Source: a virus | DNA: 64,000 nucleotides | IMG/VR virus record: IMGVR_UViG_3300045988_175595 | Span: 101,597-165,596 of that record | Reading direction: 5' to 3' (one strand) | Shown: positions 26,614 to 37,509 of the stretch, one piece after another | How the letters are laid out: each line of letters begins with the position of its first letter | Numbering within the stretch: the first letter of the stretch is position 1 | Notes under the pieces: model-generated | The model's input: only the letters and a program-made list of their open reading frames with translations | The model's database searches: none | Told to the model about the DNA's origin: nothing | Made by a program: the position numbers and the translations under genes

Positions 26614-26970
26614 TTATTTTATATTAAAATTAATATCATCTATTTTTTCATTGTCAAAAAATATAGAAATATTAATTTTTTTACTTCCTGGAACTAATCC
26701 TGCATTAGCTGTTAAAGAAATCCTTAAATTTTCTTTAAGAACTTCTTTTATTAAATTTTTTTCTTCTGTTTTCTTCTCTTCTTTATATTCATTTGCTTGA
26801 GCTATTATATCATCTTCTAATGGTTTATCAATAGGATCAATTATTTCTCCTATTTCTTCTTTATATATGCAATTATTGATTTCTTTTAAATTATTTCTTT
26901 TTACAATAGAACACCAACCATAATTATTATTTTTGCAATTTTTACAGAAATAATCTTTTTTATTTGCCAC
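26614..26970 (-). CDS. Hypothetical protein with N-terminal CxxC...C motif
   Basis: CKNCKNNNYGWCS. Confidence 0.35.
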   Translation of the reverse strand: MANKKDYFCKNCKNNNYGWCSIVKRNNLKEINNCIYKEEIGEIIDPIDKPLEDDIIAQANEYKEEKKTEEKNLIKEVLKENLRISLTANAGLVPGSKKINISIFFDNEKIDDINFNIK

Positions 26971-27217
26971 AATTATTCCTCCTTAAAAATCTTCAAAGTC
27001 ATAAATCTCTTTATAACATTTAATAACTTTACTTTCTTTTACTAATTTTTTCTACCATTATTAAATTCTATTAATAGCTTTTTCTTTGTTTCTAAACCTA
27101 AAAAATCAAAATATCTTTTTTCGCCTATAATTTTACATTCTTTTGTTAATAATCCAAAGAAATAAATATAATAGTGTGTTTCTTTCTTTTTCAAATAATA
27201 ATCACCTTCTTCGCATA

Positions 27218-27592
27218 TTATTTTATTAACTCAATATATGTATCTATATGATTTAAAAAATTTTGCAATGAATTTCTTATTGAATTTTCATATTTATATA
27301 TATCTCCAAAGAATATTATATTTTTTGTTTTTTTACAACATTCTATTATTTTCTTTATCATATTTATATTTCTATTATTTTTTAATAATTGATATGTTTT
27401 TTCTTTAGCTTGTATGTATACTTTATTTTCATCTCTTACCCAAGTATATTGTTTTTTATAATGAAAATAAATTAATACTTGAATTAAATTTTCTTTATCT
27501 TCTAATAATATAGAAAGATTGTTTCTTATTTCTAATGCTTTTTTATTTGTATATGTATTTTGTTTGTTTATATAATTAGCTATTAATTCCAT
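27218..27592 (-). CDS. Hypothetical protein
   Basis: 124-aa ORF. Confidence 0.35.
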   Translation of the reverse strand: MELIANYINKQNTYTNKKALEIRNNLSILLEDKENLIQVLIYFHYKKQYTWVRDENKVYIQAKEKTYQLLKNNRNINMIKKIIECCKKTKNIIFFGDIYKYENSIRNSLQNFLNHIDTYIELIK

Positions 27593-27663
27593 AATTACTC
27601 CTTTATGTAAATAAGAAGGGACATAAAAATATGCCCCAACTCTTATCTTATTTCTTAATTTAA

Positions 27664-28431
27664 TTAAACATCAGTAGTTCCTTCTATTTGTTCAGAATTT
27701 GAATTACCTTTTAAGCTTTCAATATAAGCTTTTCTATCTTGAACTCTCATATTGTTCTTAATTCTGTTTAATTTAAAATCTCTAGAATTTTCATAGATAA
27801 CTTTTGAGCCAATTGCTTGTTCTTCAGCTTCTTCCATGCTTTCTTTTACTTTAGACATTAATTTATCAGTGCCATCTATATCTTTAAGTTTATCCATGCT
27901 GTCATATACTTTTTGAACCTCAAGATTCATTTTTAGCTTTTGAATACTCATTTTTTTCTCTTGTTTTAATTGATTTATTCTGTTTTGGATCTCAGTATTA
28001 AGTTCTTCTGCTTCCTCCATTTTAGGAGTGTATATTCTTATTTGTTCTTGATAAGCATCCATTTGTTCTTTTAAAAGACAAACTTCATCAGCTAATAACA
28101 TAGCATTTTCTTCGTCTCCGTCTTCTACTAGTCTTCTACATTCTTTATCTAATCTTTCGTATTCTGCTTGTGCTTTTTTTAAATTATTTTCTGCCATTTT
28201 TACTATTCCAGTAAATTTCTTATAACTATCATTAATTATCTTATAGTTATCTTTTGCCTTCTCGATTTGTTTATCATAAATTGCTTCTGCTGCTTTTGGA
28301 TTCTTAGCTGCATTTCCAATTCCTAAACCAATCATACTTCCTGCTAACGATAATAATTTTCCTCCATTTCCTGTAACTACTACTAAAAATAATGCTACTC
28401 CTGCTCCAATTTCTAAACAAGTTAATAACAT
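27664..28431 (-). CDS. Membrane-anchored coiled-coil protein (PspA/IM30-like)
   Basis: An N-terminal transmembrane segment and a long heptad-rich helical region. Confidence 0.3.
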   Translation of the reverse strand: MLLTCLEIGAGVALFLVVVTGNGGKLLSLAGSMIGLGIGNAAKNPKAAEAIYDKQIEKAKDNYKIINDSYKKFTGIVKMAENNLKKAQAEYERLDKECRRLVEDGDEENAMLLADEVCLLKEQMDAYQEQIRIYTPKMEEAEELNTEIQNRINQLKQEKKMSIQKLKMNLEVQKVYDSMDKLKDIDGTDKLMSKVKESMEEAEEQAIGSKVIYENSRDFKLNRIKNNMRVQDRKAYIESLKGNSNSEQIEGTTDV

Positions 28432-28478
28432 AAAACATCTCTCCTTTTTAAAAATTATTGTATATATTTTTTATTTAG

Positions 28479-29009
28479 TTATTGTCTTTTTTCTTCTTCT
28501 CTATCTTTCATTTCTTCTTCAAAAATTTCAGTTATATCTTTAAAATTCTTATTTAATAACTTCATTTTTTCTAAGTCTTCAAGAGCTTCTTCTTTTGTTA
28601 TTCTTTCTTCATCTACAAAAACTGAATACAATACTGCTACTCCACATTTATATCCTTGTTCAAATGTGCTTTTATTATAAAGTCTCATTCTTTTTACATC
28701 TTTAGGAACTTCATCTTTATCTTTGTCTAAAATACCTATACATACAGCTGTTAAACTATCAGGTTCTAATTCTGTTTTACCTGCATCTCTAACTGTATAT
28801 TTTGGATATTTATTAGCATATTCTTCTAGTTTATTTTGTGGACAATCTAATACTATTTTAGTTTGATTACTTTCCATATGTTTGCTAATTAATTCTTTAT
28901 CTTCACAATTATAAAGATAAGATTCAATAGCATGTCCCACTTGACCTGCTACTTTACCTGAAGACATTTTTAAATCTCCATTAACAAGTATATACATTGC
29001 TAAATTCAT
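28479..29009 (-). CDS. Peptidyl-tRNA hydrolase, PTH2 family
   Basis: YILVNGDLKMSSGKVAGQVGHA and RDAGKTELEPDSLTAV match the conserved PTH2 motifs. Confidence 0.65.
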   Translation of the reverse strand: MNLAMYILVNGDLKMSSGKVAGQVGHAIESYLYNCEDKELISKHMESNQTKIVLDCPQNKLEEYANKYPKYTVRDAGKTELEPDSLTAVCIGILDKDKDEVPKDVKRMRLYNKSTFEQGYKCGVAVLYSVFVDEERITKEEALEDLEKMKLLNKNFKDITEIFEEEMKDREEEKRQ

Positions 29010-29020
29010 ATTTACCCCTC

Positions 29021-29275
29021 CTATTGTTTAGCTGTTGGTTTATATCTTGAATCCCATTCATTATGAGAAAAATCATCATAATCTTTGCTTGCTCGGATAT
29101 AAAGACTAAATAATTCCTTAACAGCTAATCTCTCATCTTTTTCTACTTTTTCAATAAATTCAGATTTATTTTCAACTTTCTTACAATCTGGTTTTAAAGA
29201 TTTAATTGCAATTACTAAATCTTCAACTTTTGTTCTTAACTTTTTTTCTTGTTCAATAATTTCTAAAGTTGTCAT
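29021..29275 (-). CDS. Hypothetical protein
   Basis: 84-aa ORF. Confidence 0.35.
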   Translation of the reverse strand: MTTLEIIEQEKKLRTKVEDLVIAIKSLKPDCKKVENKSEFIEKVEKDERLAVKELFSLYIRASKDYDDFSHNEWDSRYKPTAKQ

Positions 29276-29293
29276 TTAATCATCTCCTTTTTA

Positions 29294-29905
29294 TTATACA
29301 TATAGATTGTTTTCTTTTATATAATTAAATGTAGAATTAGCTATTAAATCTTCACATTGATCTTCATAGAATTGATCAATTCTATTTCTTACTTTAGTAG
29401 AAGATATTTCATTAGCTATTATATTAGTAACTATAATCTTATCTTTATATTTACTTAACAGCTTAGAATTATCTACTATTTCTACTAAATTATCATCATT
29501 TCTATTGAAAACCATTACATTATAGCTCTGTAAAAGCTCTTCTCCATTATACCAGTTTTCTATATCAGCTAAAACATCTAAACCTATTACTGGTATAATT
29601 TCTAAGCATAACACTCTACTTAAAAAGTCTAACAATCCTTTTAATGAAAAAGTTTCAAGATTAAAAAGACATGAAATATTAAGAACTTCAACTCCAGGAA
29701 TATTTAGATTTTTAATCATATTTATTCTGTGCTGAATGTCTACAAGTTCTGGTTTAATAGCTCTATAAAAGTTAGGCATTGGAGCTACAAATACTTTTTT
29801 AGCATCATAATCTTTTAATAAGCTATTAATAAGTAATTTATGACCTAAAGTTATAGGATTAAAACTACCATCATATAAATATATTGTTTTTCCCATTTTA
29901 ATCAC
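29294..29905 (-). CDS. Nicotinamide/nicotinate mononucleotide adenylyltransferase (NMNAT/NadD-like)
   Basis: YDGSFNPITLGHKLL (the (H/T)xGH motif) and ISSTKVR (the ISST motif). Confidence 0.7.
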   Translation of the reverse strand: MIKMGKTIYLYDGSFNPITLGHKLLINSLLKDYDAKKVFVAPMPNFYRAIKPELVDIQHRINMIKNLNIPGVEVLNISCLFNLETFSLKGLLDFLSRVLCLEIIPVIGLDVLADIENWYNGEELLQSYNVMVFNRNDDNLVEIVDNSKLLSKYKDKIIVTNIIANEISSTKVRNRIDQFYEDQCEDLIANSTFNYIKENNLYV

Positions 29906-29921
29906 CTCTACTTTTTTATTC

Positions 29922-30323
29922 TTATCTATCTGGAATTTTGCAAATAGAATAATCTATATGTCCATCGCTACATGCCCAATAATAATAACTTAGAGTTCCT
30001 TCTCCTACTTTTACATATTGATCATGTTTCATTATACAGTCAGTCTTACCAAAATAGTAATCCTTACCGTCTATTGACATAAAACCTCTTGCTGCACAAC
30101 CATCAAATTTATCAAAGTAATACCAATTATTTCCTATATATTCCCAGCCACAACCTTTTGTGCCATCATCGTATTGGTATTCCCAGGCGCCTTTATATAT
30201 TCCACCTGTTATTGACAAATCGTATCCTTCATGTGGAATCCATGTTCCTGCTGATGCTGGAATAATTAATGAATTAGCTATTAACAGCATACTAACTACT
30301 GTTTTAATTATTTTCTTTTTCAT
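29922..30323 (-). CDS. Secreted protein with cell-wall-binding (choline-binding-type) repeats
   Basis: Signal peptide, then GWEYIGNNWYYFDKFDG..GFMSIDGKDYYF repeats. Confidence 0.5.
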   Translation of the reverse strand: MKKKIIKTVVSMLLIANSLIIPASAGTWIPHEGYDLSITGGIYKGAWEYQYDDGTKGCGWEYIGNNWYYFDKFDGCAARGFMSIDGKDYYFGKTDCIMKHDQYVKVGEGTLSYYYWACSDGHIDYSICKIPDR

Positions 30324-30474
30324 AATTTAATCCTTTCTTTTTTCTTGATATTTTTGTTATTTTACCTGTAATTTTTATTACTTTTCTAGGTTTAATATTT
30401 AATTTTTCTATTTTTGTTTCTCCTTCATTTGGTTCTTTTTTTATTTTATTTTGCCATCGCATAAAAATTATCTT

Positions 30475-31152
30475 CTATGATTTATTATCTTTTGAATTAA
30501 CTTCTTTAGTATATTTATTAATAGCTTCTTTCCATTCTTCATTTTTTGGAATAAATATATCTCCATCATGTCTTATAAAACCGCATAAGACATGTACTAA
30601 TTCTCCAAATCTTAAATCAGGTACTTTTTTCCATAATTCATAAAATTTTGTTATTAAATCGAATTTTTCTGAATGTACATTGTCTTTACCAAAAATATCT
30701 TCTAATGAAAGAGTAATAATTTCACCTTTATCTATTGCTGTATCAAATTCTTCCATTCTTCGTTCTAGTTCTTTTTTTGCTTCTATTAAATTATCTTCAG
30801 TATAGCCATTAAAAGTTATCTGCCACAAAATAATAGCTAATACTTCTTTTTCTGATAATACTTCGAATGATTCAGGTCTTATTTCTTTACCTAACCATTC
30901 TCCCCAGGATATATAATCCAGTCCCCAAATTTGACCAGTATTATCTATTCCTTCACAGCAATAACCATTAAAACCATTTTCGTCTGCATAAGTAATAATA
31001 TCTATTCCATCGTATTCTATTATTTCTTGTTTTTCTTTTAGCTCTTCTATTGCGCTTCTATAACTTTCTTCATCTGATTTTTCATCATATTTTAGAATTG
31101 CTTCTATAATAGAATCAGTTGTATATTTAGAAAGTAAATTCTTTAATGTCAT
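30475..31152 (-). CDS. Hypothetical protein
   Basis: 225-aa ORF. Confidence 0.4.
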   Translation of the reverse strand: MTLKNLLSKYTTDSIIEAILKYDEKSDEESYRSAIEELKEKQEIIEYDGIDIITYADENGFNGYCCEGIDNTGQIWGLDYISWGEWLGKEIRPESFEVLSEKEVLAIILWQITFNGYTEDNLIEAKKELERRMEEFDTAIDKGEIITLSLEDIFGKDNVHSEKFDLITKFYELWKKVPDLRFGELVHVLCGFIRHDGDIFIPKNEEWKEAINKYTKEVNSKDNKS

Positions 31153-31223
31153 AAGAAAATCATCTCCTTATTTTTATTGTTATGGAAAGGGGTTTATGCG
31201 AACACCCCTTAAAACGCTTTATA

Positions 31224-32756
31224 TTATTCTTCTACAGAGTTAGTTGTTTCTGTTTCTTGAATAATTGTAGGATCATTATTAGATGTAGCAATTTTACCTC
31301 CAATAACTCCTCCTATAAGACTCTTAAGATCTAAACCAATAGTATCTTTTAATCCTTCAGAAATCTTATTTCCAGTTTTCATTATACCACCAATTAATTC
31401 AGCTTCATTGCCTGTACCATACATTGTTATCTTATCAACTTTGCTTAATGGTTCTGCAACATTCTTGTATATTTCAGGTAATTTGTTTACAACAAGCTCA
31501 ATTACAGCTGCTTGTTGCATTTTATTCATTGCCTCTGCTTTCTTTTCAAGACCTTCAGCTTCAGCGAATAAGTTTGCTTTTGTTGCTTCTGCAGTAGCTT
31601 TACCAGCAAGTTCAATACCTTTAGCTTCATTTTCTTTAGCTATTAATTGAGCAGCAGCTTTTGTTTTAATAGCTTCTGCTTCCTGTTCCATTTCATATTT
31701 AGTTGCTTCTGCCTTTTTAGCTCTTTCTACTTTATCTGCTTCTGCATTTTTTTCTCTTGTATAAAGCATTGCATCTGCTTCTTGTTGCATTTTATATTTT
31801 TCTGCATCTGCTTGTTTCTTTATAGCAGCATCTAATTCTTGTTCTTTAACATTTGCTTCTTTTTTCTTAAGCTCAATTTCCTTATCTTGCTTAGCTATAT
31901 CAGCTTCTGTTTTAGCAATTTCTATTACTTTTCTTTGAGCTTCTTTTTGAATTTCATATGCAGCATCAGCTTCTGCTTGAGCTGAATCAGATTGTTTCTT
32001 TAATTCTGCTTTCTTAATAGCTAATTCATTATTCTTTTCTGCTATAGCTTGTTCTGAAGCTACTCTTGCATCATTTGCAGCTTTTGATGCTTCAGATTGT
32101 ACTATTGCAACTTCTTTATCAGCATTTGCTTTTGCTATACTAGCATTTTTCTTAATTTGAGACATATTATCTTGACCTAAAGCAGTAATTAAATTATTTT
32201 CATCTTCTAGTTTTTGGATATTGCATGATTCTATCCAAATACCTAAAGCATTCATATCTTTTTGAGCTTTTGATTGAACTTCATCTCCAAATGCTTTTCT
32301 ATCGTTACATAGATCTTTTAAATTCTGTGTACCGATAATTTCTCTCATATTACCTTGTAAAGAATCTGTTAATGCATCTCTAATTGAATTACTTCCCATA
32401 TTTAAGAAGTTTTTCATAGCAGCTTTTACCATTTCTTTTGTTATGCCTTTTTCTTCATTAATATCTGAATCAGTTAAAACTCTTACTTTTGCAACAGCGT
32501 CTATATCCACACCAATAAAATCCTTGGTTGGAATAAAACCATTAGTTTTAATATCAATAGATATTTGTTTTAATAGTAATTCATCCTTTCTTTCAAAGAA
32601 TGGAACTCGGAATCCAGCTCTTCCTACTAAAACTCTAGGCTCTTTTTTAATACCTGAAATTATAAAAGCTTTATTTGTTGGTGCTTTTACATAACCAAAA
32701 ATTAATAATACTGCAGCTAAAATAATAACTACTCCTCCAATTCCTAATAATAACAT
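31224..32756 (-). CDS. Flotillin / SPFH (band-7) family protein with long Ala/Glu-rich coiled coil
   Basis: An N-terminal transmembrane segment, an SPFH-like region (ISGIKKEPRVLVGRAGFRVPFFE) and a long A/E/K coiled coil. Confidence 0.6.
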   Translation of the reverse strand: MLLLGIGGVVIILAAVLLIFGYVKAPTNKAFIISGIKKEPRVLVGRAGFRVPFFERKDELLLKQISIDIKTNGFIPTKDFIGVDIDAVAKVRVLTDSDINEEKGITKEMVKAAMKNFLNMGSNSIRDALTDSLQGNMREIIGTQNLKDLCNDRKAFGDEVQSKAQKDMNALGIWIESCNIQKLEDENNLITALGQDNMSQIKKNASIAKANADKEVAIVQSEASKAANDARVASEQAIAEKNNELAIKKAELKKQSDSAQAEADAAYEIQKEAQRKVIEIAKTEADIAKQDKEIELKKKEANVKEQELDAAIKKQADAEKYKMQQEADAMLYTREKNAEADKVERAKKAEATKYEMEQEAEAIKTKAAAQLIAKENEAKGIELAGKATAEATKANLFAEAEGLEKKAEAMNKMQQAAVIELVVNKLPEIYKNVAEPLSKVDKITMYGTGNEAELIGGIMKTGNKISEGLKDTIGLDLKSLIGGVIGGKIATSNNDPTIIQETETTNSVEE

Positions 32757-33060
32757 AGAATTTCCCCCTTTAAATTATAATTTTTATTTTAATATATTAT
32801 TTATTAGCTATTTTATCTGGTATTAAATCAAATCTTTTTAATAAAGGTAATATTTGATTTTCTAAATTTGTTTACTAAAATTCTATTTGTTTTTCTTTTT
32901 ATAGATAGAATGTTTTTATCTTTACTAAGAAAAACACCTGCTGCTGAATTTATATAAATTATACAATTTTTAAAATGTACTCTATACATGATTCCTTTGA
33001 TTGTCTCAATCAACATTTTAATTATCTCTTAAAATCCTTATATTCATTATAACATACCCC

Positions 33061-33567
33061 CTATTTATTACTTGTAAAATATCTGATTAACTCATGTCTA
33101 AAAGTTTCTAATGCTTTTTCTGCTATTTCTTTTGAAGTGAAATATACTTGTCCAAGATCTTTAAAACTATAAACTTTATCTATGAATATATTCCCATCTA
33201 TACGATAACTTATAATGTACTTTTCGCTGTGAATATTTAAATCAATTTCTGCATCATTATTTTCTAAAGCAAACAATTCTAATTTTCTGTGTAATCTTAT
33301 TTCAAAACATTTCCTTTCTGCTTCTTCTTTTGTTTTAAAATAGTTTCCAAAATTTATAAATTCTTTATCTATGTCACTATTAAAAAAATTATACGTAAAA
33401 ATATCACCATTAGCAAAAATCGTATAGTATTTTTCACCGAATTTATTAGGTTTAAAAACCTTCTTATCACATTCTTCAATTTGTTTCTTAATATCAGCAA
33501 CCTGTGTATTAAAATCTTTCTCTAATTGTTTTAACTTGTTTAATAGTTCTTCTTTATTTTTATTCAT
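33061..33567 (-). CDS. Hypothetical protein, paralog of 26128-26607
   Basis: Shared motifs as noted for 26128-26607. Confidence 0.45.
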   Translation of the reverse strand: MNKNKEELLNKLKQLEKDFNTQVADIKKQIEECDKKVFKPNKFGEKYYTIFANGDIFTYNFFNSDIDKEFINFGNYFKTKEEAERKCFEIRLHRKLELFALENNDAEIDLNIHSEKYIISYRIDGNIFIDKVYSFKDLGQVYFTSKEIAEKALETFRHELIRYFTSNK

Positions 33568-33794
33568 AACATCAATCCTTTTAACTTTTCTTAATAAAAC
33601 CTTTATTACATACCATCTAAGTATTATACAGTGAATTCTTCAATCAAAATTTTAAATGTCTTATCACATCCATTACTTTTTATTATTATTTCATTTTCTT
33701 TTAATCGCTTATCTGCACCTGGGAAAATAGTATAAGATATATCCTCAGCCTTAGAAATTTCTCTCGTAACTATACTTAAATCATTTCTCCTTTT

Positions 33795-34256
33795 TTAAGA
33801 TTCAAAGAAAATGTAAGTCCATACAGCTACTGTAGCTATTCCACCTATGTTCATAATAGTACCATCATTAACAGCTGATCCATAAAATAAAGTAGAAACA
33901 CTAGCAATACCTAAAGCGATAGATATAAATGAAAGTATATCGCCAAATGTTTTTCTAGCTTTTTTACCTTTTTGCTTTTTTTCTACATGATCTCTATTTT
34001 CTTTATAAGTTAGCTCTTTCCAATAACATTGAATTTCGCTATTTCTTGTACTTCTTTTTGCATAAATATCATCTTCTTTAAAACATTCAATAATATCATC
34101 AATTATATCTTTATCAGAATAATCAATTTCTAGTTTACATTGATAATATCCTTCACTATTTTTTTCTTTTATATAATTAAAATATTTCTGATATCGTTCT
34201 TTTAGCTTGTCTTCTCTTTCACTATATAAAGATAAAATGTCATTTGTCTCATTCAT
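33795..34256 (-). CDS. Hypothetical C-terminally membrane-anchored protein, paralog of 34622-35062
   Basis: Shared DIYA..CYW..LTY motifs and a C-terminal transmembrane segment. Confidence 0.4.
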   Translation of the reverse strand: MNETNDILSLYSEREDKLKERYQKYFNYIKEKNSEGYYQCKLEIDYSDKDIIDDIIECFKEDDIYAKRSTRNSEIQCYWKELTYKENRDHVEKKQKGKKARKTFGDILSFISIALGIASVSTLFYGSAVNDGTIMNIGGIATVAVWTYIFFES

Positions 34257-34261
34257 TATTT

Positions 34262-34620
34262 TGCCCCCTTTTCTTTTATCATTGCTTTATATTCATCCAA
34301 TTTCATAGGTAATTTATCTTCACCTATGTATGGAATATAAGTTGTTCTACCTGAATATGTTACAAATTTATGATAAATAATATTCGTTTTAGTATCTACC
34401 CAAATTTGTTTTTTTCAGTAGAAATATGTCCATCTTTATAATATTCAGTAAAAGTTGAATCATATCCTGTATAAATATAATCACTTATACATGTAGAATT
34501 ATTATTCATTATTTCATTTTTTGTAGTTTCTTCCATTGCGTCACATCAAATAAAAGAAAGTAACATTGTGCTAATAACTAATAATGATAATATTTTTTTA
34601 TTTATTATATTTTACCTCCT
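34262..34620 (-). pseudogene. Disrupted lipoprotein-like ORF (in-frame stop or frameshift near a T7 homopolymer)
   Basis: The minus-strand read gives a signal-peptide-like start (MNKKILSLLVISTMLLSF) but is interrupted. A T7 run lies at about 34413-34419 and no intact ORF is reported. Confidence 0.3.
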
Positions 34621-34621
34621 A

Positions 34622-35062
34622 TTAATCTATTGCAAATAAACAAATAATTGATACTATTAATCCTGCTATTAATAGCCACATTAAAAGTGCTGTATGATGT
34701 ATTATCATATAAACTGTAAAAGCTATTAAAGCAATAATTCCAATTATTATTCCAATTTTAAATGAATTTAATGATCTTTTAGCTTTTTTAGCATGTTTCT
34801 TATTTAAAGAATAAGTTAAATCGCCCCAATAGCAATATAATCTTCCTTTACTATCTATTTCTGCATAAATATCTTGTTCTTTTAATTCTGCAATTATACT
34901 ATTTATGCATTTTTCTTCATTTGAATATAAAGATATAGTTGCTTCAACACATCCATCATCATTATTGTATTCTTTTATTTCTCTAATGATTCTATCTGAA
35001 TTTTTATTGTCGCAACTTTGTCTTTTGTTATACAGATCCATTATTAAATTTTCATTACTCAT
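34622..35062 (-). CDS. Hypothetical membrane-anchored protein (paralog of 33795-34256)
   Basis: 146-aa ORF. Confidence 0.4.
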   Translation of the reverse strand: MSNENLIMDLYNKRQSCDNKNSDRIIREIKEYNNDDGCVEATISLYSNEEKCINSIIAELKEQDIYAEIDSKGRLYCYWGDLTYSLNKKHAKKAKRSLNSFKIGIIIGIIALIAFTVYMIIHHTALLMWLLIAGLIVSIICLFAID

Positions 35063-35202
35063 ATTTTTTACCTCCTAATCTATCAATATTATACTAAAGT
35101 AGAAAATAATCCATATAATTTATCTTCTACAAATCTGCCTATTAACATAGAGGCAACTAATACTATTCCTTTTATTAATAATAGCATATAAACACTTCCT
35201 TT

Positions 35203-35529
35203 TTATAGTTTTTTTAGCATTTTTCCAAAAATATTATTTCTACTAATCCAGCCATTTACATGACCATGATTATTTGATATTTGATAAGTACCATTTTTTA
35301 CAGCTGATATTAAATGACAATAATAATGTCCTTTAACTTTACAAAATACAATATCTCCTTTTTCTAATATTGTGTTTTCTTTTACAGGTGTCATAAGTAC
35401 AGCCTGTCCACTTTTTAATTTAGGAGTCATTGATTGTCCATATCCAACAAGGATTATATTTTTGCCTTCTTTTAATTTATCAGCAGATATCTTATTCTCT
35501 TTTCCTTTGTAATATTTTTCTTTATCCAT
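35203..35529 (-). CDS. S24/S26-like peptidase domain protein (LexA/signal-peptidase fold)
   Basis: VGYGQSMTPKLKSGQAVLM resembles the Ser-nucleophile region GDSMxP. Confidence 0.4.
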   Translation of the reverse strand: MDKEKYYKGKENKISADKLKEGKNIILVGYGQSMTPKLKSGQAVLMTPVKENTILEKGDIVFCKVKGHYYCHLISAVKNGTYQISNNHGHVNGWISRNNIFGKMLKKL

Positions 35530-35618
35530 ACTTATCAGTCCTTTATATATTAAATATAATATTAGCTTTTAATAGCTAATACTTTAGTTAATATATAATA
35601 TAAAAAGAGGCATATTAA

Positions 35619-36206
35619 TTATGCCTCTTTAACAAATTCCATAATTCTATTTAATTCTTTTTGTGTATCTACAATAACTAAACTTCTACCTGCATGTAAT
35701 TCATTACCATACCATTCTCCAGCCCAATTTATTGGTCTTATATAATATTTATTATCTGTTGTTTTTCCAAATAATAATTGAATATTATTATTGTTTGCTT
35801 GATATTCTTTTATTGATTCTGCTTTTTCCATAATTAATACATCTGTTAATAAATTATAAGCTGTTAATAAACCAGCTCTATCATCAAGTAGTATATTATA
35901 ATATACTTTTCTGCCATTTGGCATTCCTTCTACTCCTTCATTAACATAATCACATGGAATATTATTATTAATAATATAGCTCCATATTTCTTTGTATCTT
36001 TCTGGTTTACTAGCAGTAAAACAAATAAAAGTTGCTTTATCTTTCCATTGTCTTAATAGATTAATTACATCATTATAATTTCTATCTTTTTTATGAAAAT
36101 CATAAATAGTATCATCAAAATCGTAAGCTATAATAAGCTTACCATATTTTTTATACTCTTTATATAATCTATCAAGACAATTATTATAATTTAGATAATA
36201 ATCCAT
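35619..36206 (-). CDS. HAD-like hydrolase domain protein
   Basis: IIAYDFDDTIYDF DxDxT motif. Confidence 0.4.
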   Translation of the reverse strand: MDYYLNYNNCLDRLYKEYKKYGKLIIAYDFDDTIYDFHKKDRNYNDVINLLRQWKDKATFICFTASKPERYKEIWSYIINNNIPCDYVNEGVEGMPNGRKVYYNILLDDRAGLLTAYNLLTDVLIMEKAESIKEYQANNNNIQLLFGKTTDNKYYIRPINWAGEWYGNELHAGRSLVIVDTQKELNRIMEFVKEA

Positions 36207-36958
36207 TATTGATTAACTGATAATGGAATACAATAAGGCATTGGTAATAACTTATGCATATTTTCTTTATGCATTTTATCTATCTTATTCTTAACAGCTT
36301 GATCTTCACATACTCCTTCTCTGATATATTTATCAAGAACTTCGTATGAGAATCCTAACTTATCTTCATCTGTTTGTCCACAAAGACCATCTGTTGGTAC
36401 TTTGTTTATAAACTTATCTGGCAATCCTAATTCCTTGCCTAAAGCCTTAACTTCTTGAACTGTAAAATGAGATAATGGAGAAAAGTCTCCAGCTCCATCT
36501 CCGAACTTTGTTGCATATCCAACCCAGTCTTCTGAAAGATTACAAGTATTGGCAACTCTGCCGCCAACTATTCCGCTAATTCCATAAAGTGTTGACATTC
36601 TTATTCTTGCTGGTGTATTTATTGTAGCTACATCATTTATTTTTAAGCCTGTATGGCTAATTGTTTCAAATAAAGATTTAGTTGTATCACCTATATTTAC
36701 AGTATAAGCAGTAATTCCTAGATGCTTAACAAGATCTTTTGCATAATCAATGTCAGATTGTTCTCCATCTGGCATTAATACTCCTATTACTCTATCTTTT
36801 CCTAATGCTTTAACACATGCTGCCGCTACTGTTGTGCTATCTTTTCCTCCTGATAATCCTACAACAGCTTTTGTTTCATCTGATCCATTTCTTCTAAAAT
36901 ATACTTTTATCCATTCTATAAGATTATTTAATTGTTCTTTTGCATCAAATTTATACAT
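36206..36958 (-). CDS. nadE: NH3-dependent NAD+ synthetase NadE
   Basis: PP-loop VVGLSGGKDSTTVAAAC, 250 aa. Confidence 0.8.
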   Translation of the reverse strand: MYKFDAKEQLNNLIEWIKVYFRRNGSDETKAVVGLSGGKDSTTVAAACVKALGKDRVIGVLMPDGEQSDIDYAKDLVKHLGITAYTVNIGDTTKSLFETISHTGLKINDVATINTPARIRMSTLYGISGIVGGRVANTCNLSEDWVGYATKFGDGAGDFSPLSHFTVQEVKALGKELGLPDKFINKVPTDGLCGQTDEDKLGFSYEVLDKYIREGVCEDQAVKNKIDKMHKENMHKLLPMPYCIPLSVNQ

Positions 36959-36982
36959 AATAAATACCTCACTTTCTGTTTT

Positions 36983-37243
36983 TTATAATGGAAATTCTTT
37001 TGTTTTTTCCATTATAATTCCACTTAATGTTCCTAAGACATATAAAATTTGTTCTTTTTCTGTTAAATCTTTAAAAAAACTATCTTCTTCAGATAATTCT
37101 TCTTTAATATTTTCTTTTACAAACTCATTAAAAGATAATCTTTTGCTTAATTCATCTAATACTATATTATAAGCATTTTCTATTCCTTGTATTATTTCTA
37201 ATTGTTTTTTTGTAAAATCTAAATTTTCAATATTTTCTAACAT
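36983..37243 (-). CDS. Hypothetical protein
   Basis: 86-aa ORF. Confidence 0.35.
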   Translation of the reverse strand: MLENIENLDFTKKQLEIIQGIENAYNIVLDELSKRLSFNEFVKENIKEELSEEDSFFKDLTEKEQILYVLGTLSGIIMEKTKEFPL

Positions 37244-37254
37244 TATAATTTCTC

Positions 37255-37509
37255 CTAATATTTTTTAAATGGACTTCTATTCATCCATTCATGTAATTTA
37301 CTATCTTCATATATTTTTTCATAGAATAGATATATAGAATAAATTGAAAATCCTATAATAGTTCCAGGTAAGAAAATAATACAAGATATTATCTTACCAT
37401 TTGTCATGCATTCTATTCCATAATAACTTATATCAGTAATTACATCTATCGTCATTACAATACAAGCACTAATGTAAAAACATAGTGCTAACATTAAAAA
37501 AATTAACAA
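37255..37509 (-). CDS. Small membrane protein
   Basis: 84-aa hydrophobic ORF. Confidence 0.35.
   Translation of the reverse strand: MLIFLMLALCFYISACIVMTIDVITDISYYGIECMTNGKIISCIIFLPGTIIGFSIYSIYLFYEKIYEDSKLHEWMNRSPFKKY

Noticed and set aside
32828-33016. 62-aa ORF downstream of the flotillin gene
   Set aside because: It is short and Lys-rich with no motif, and it is possibly spurious. I left it out of the features.
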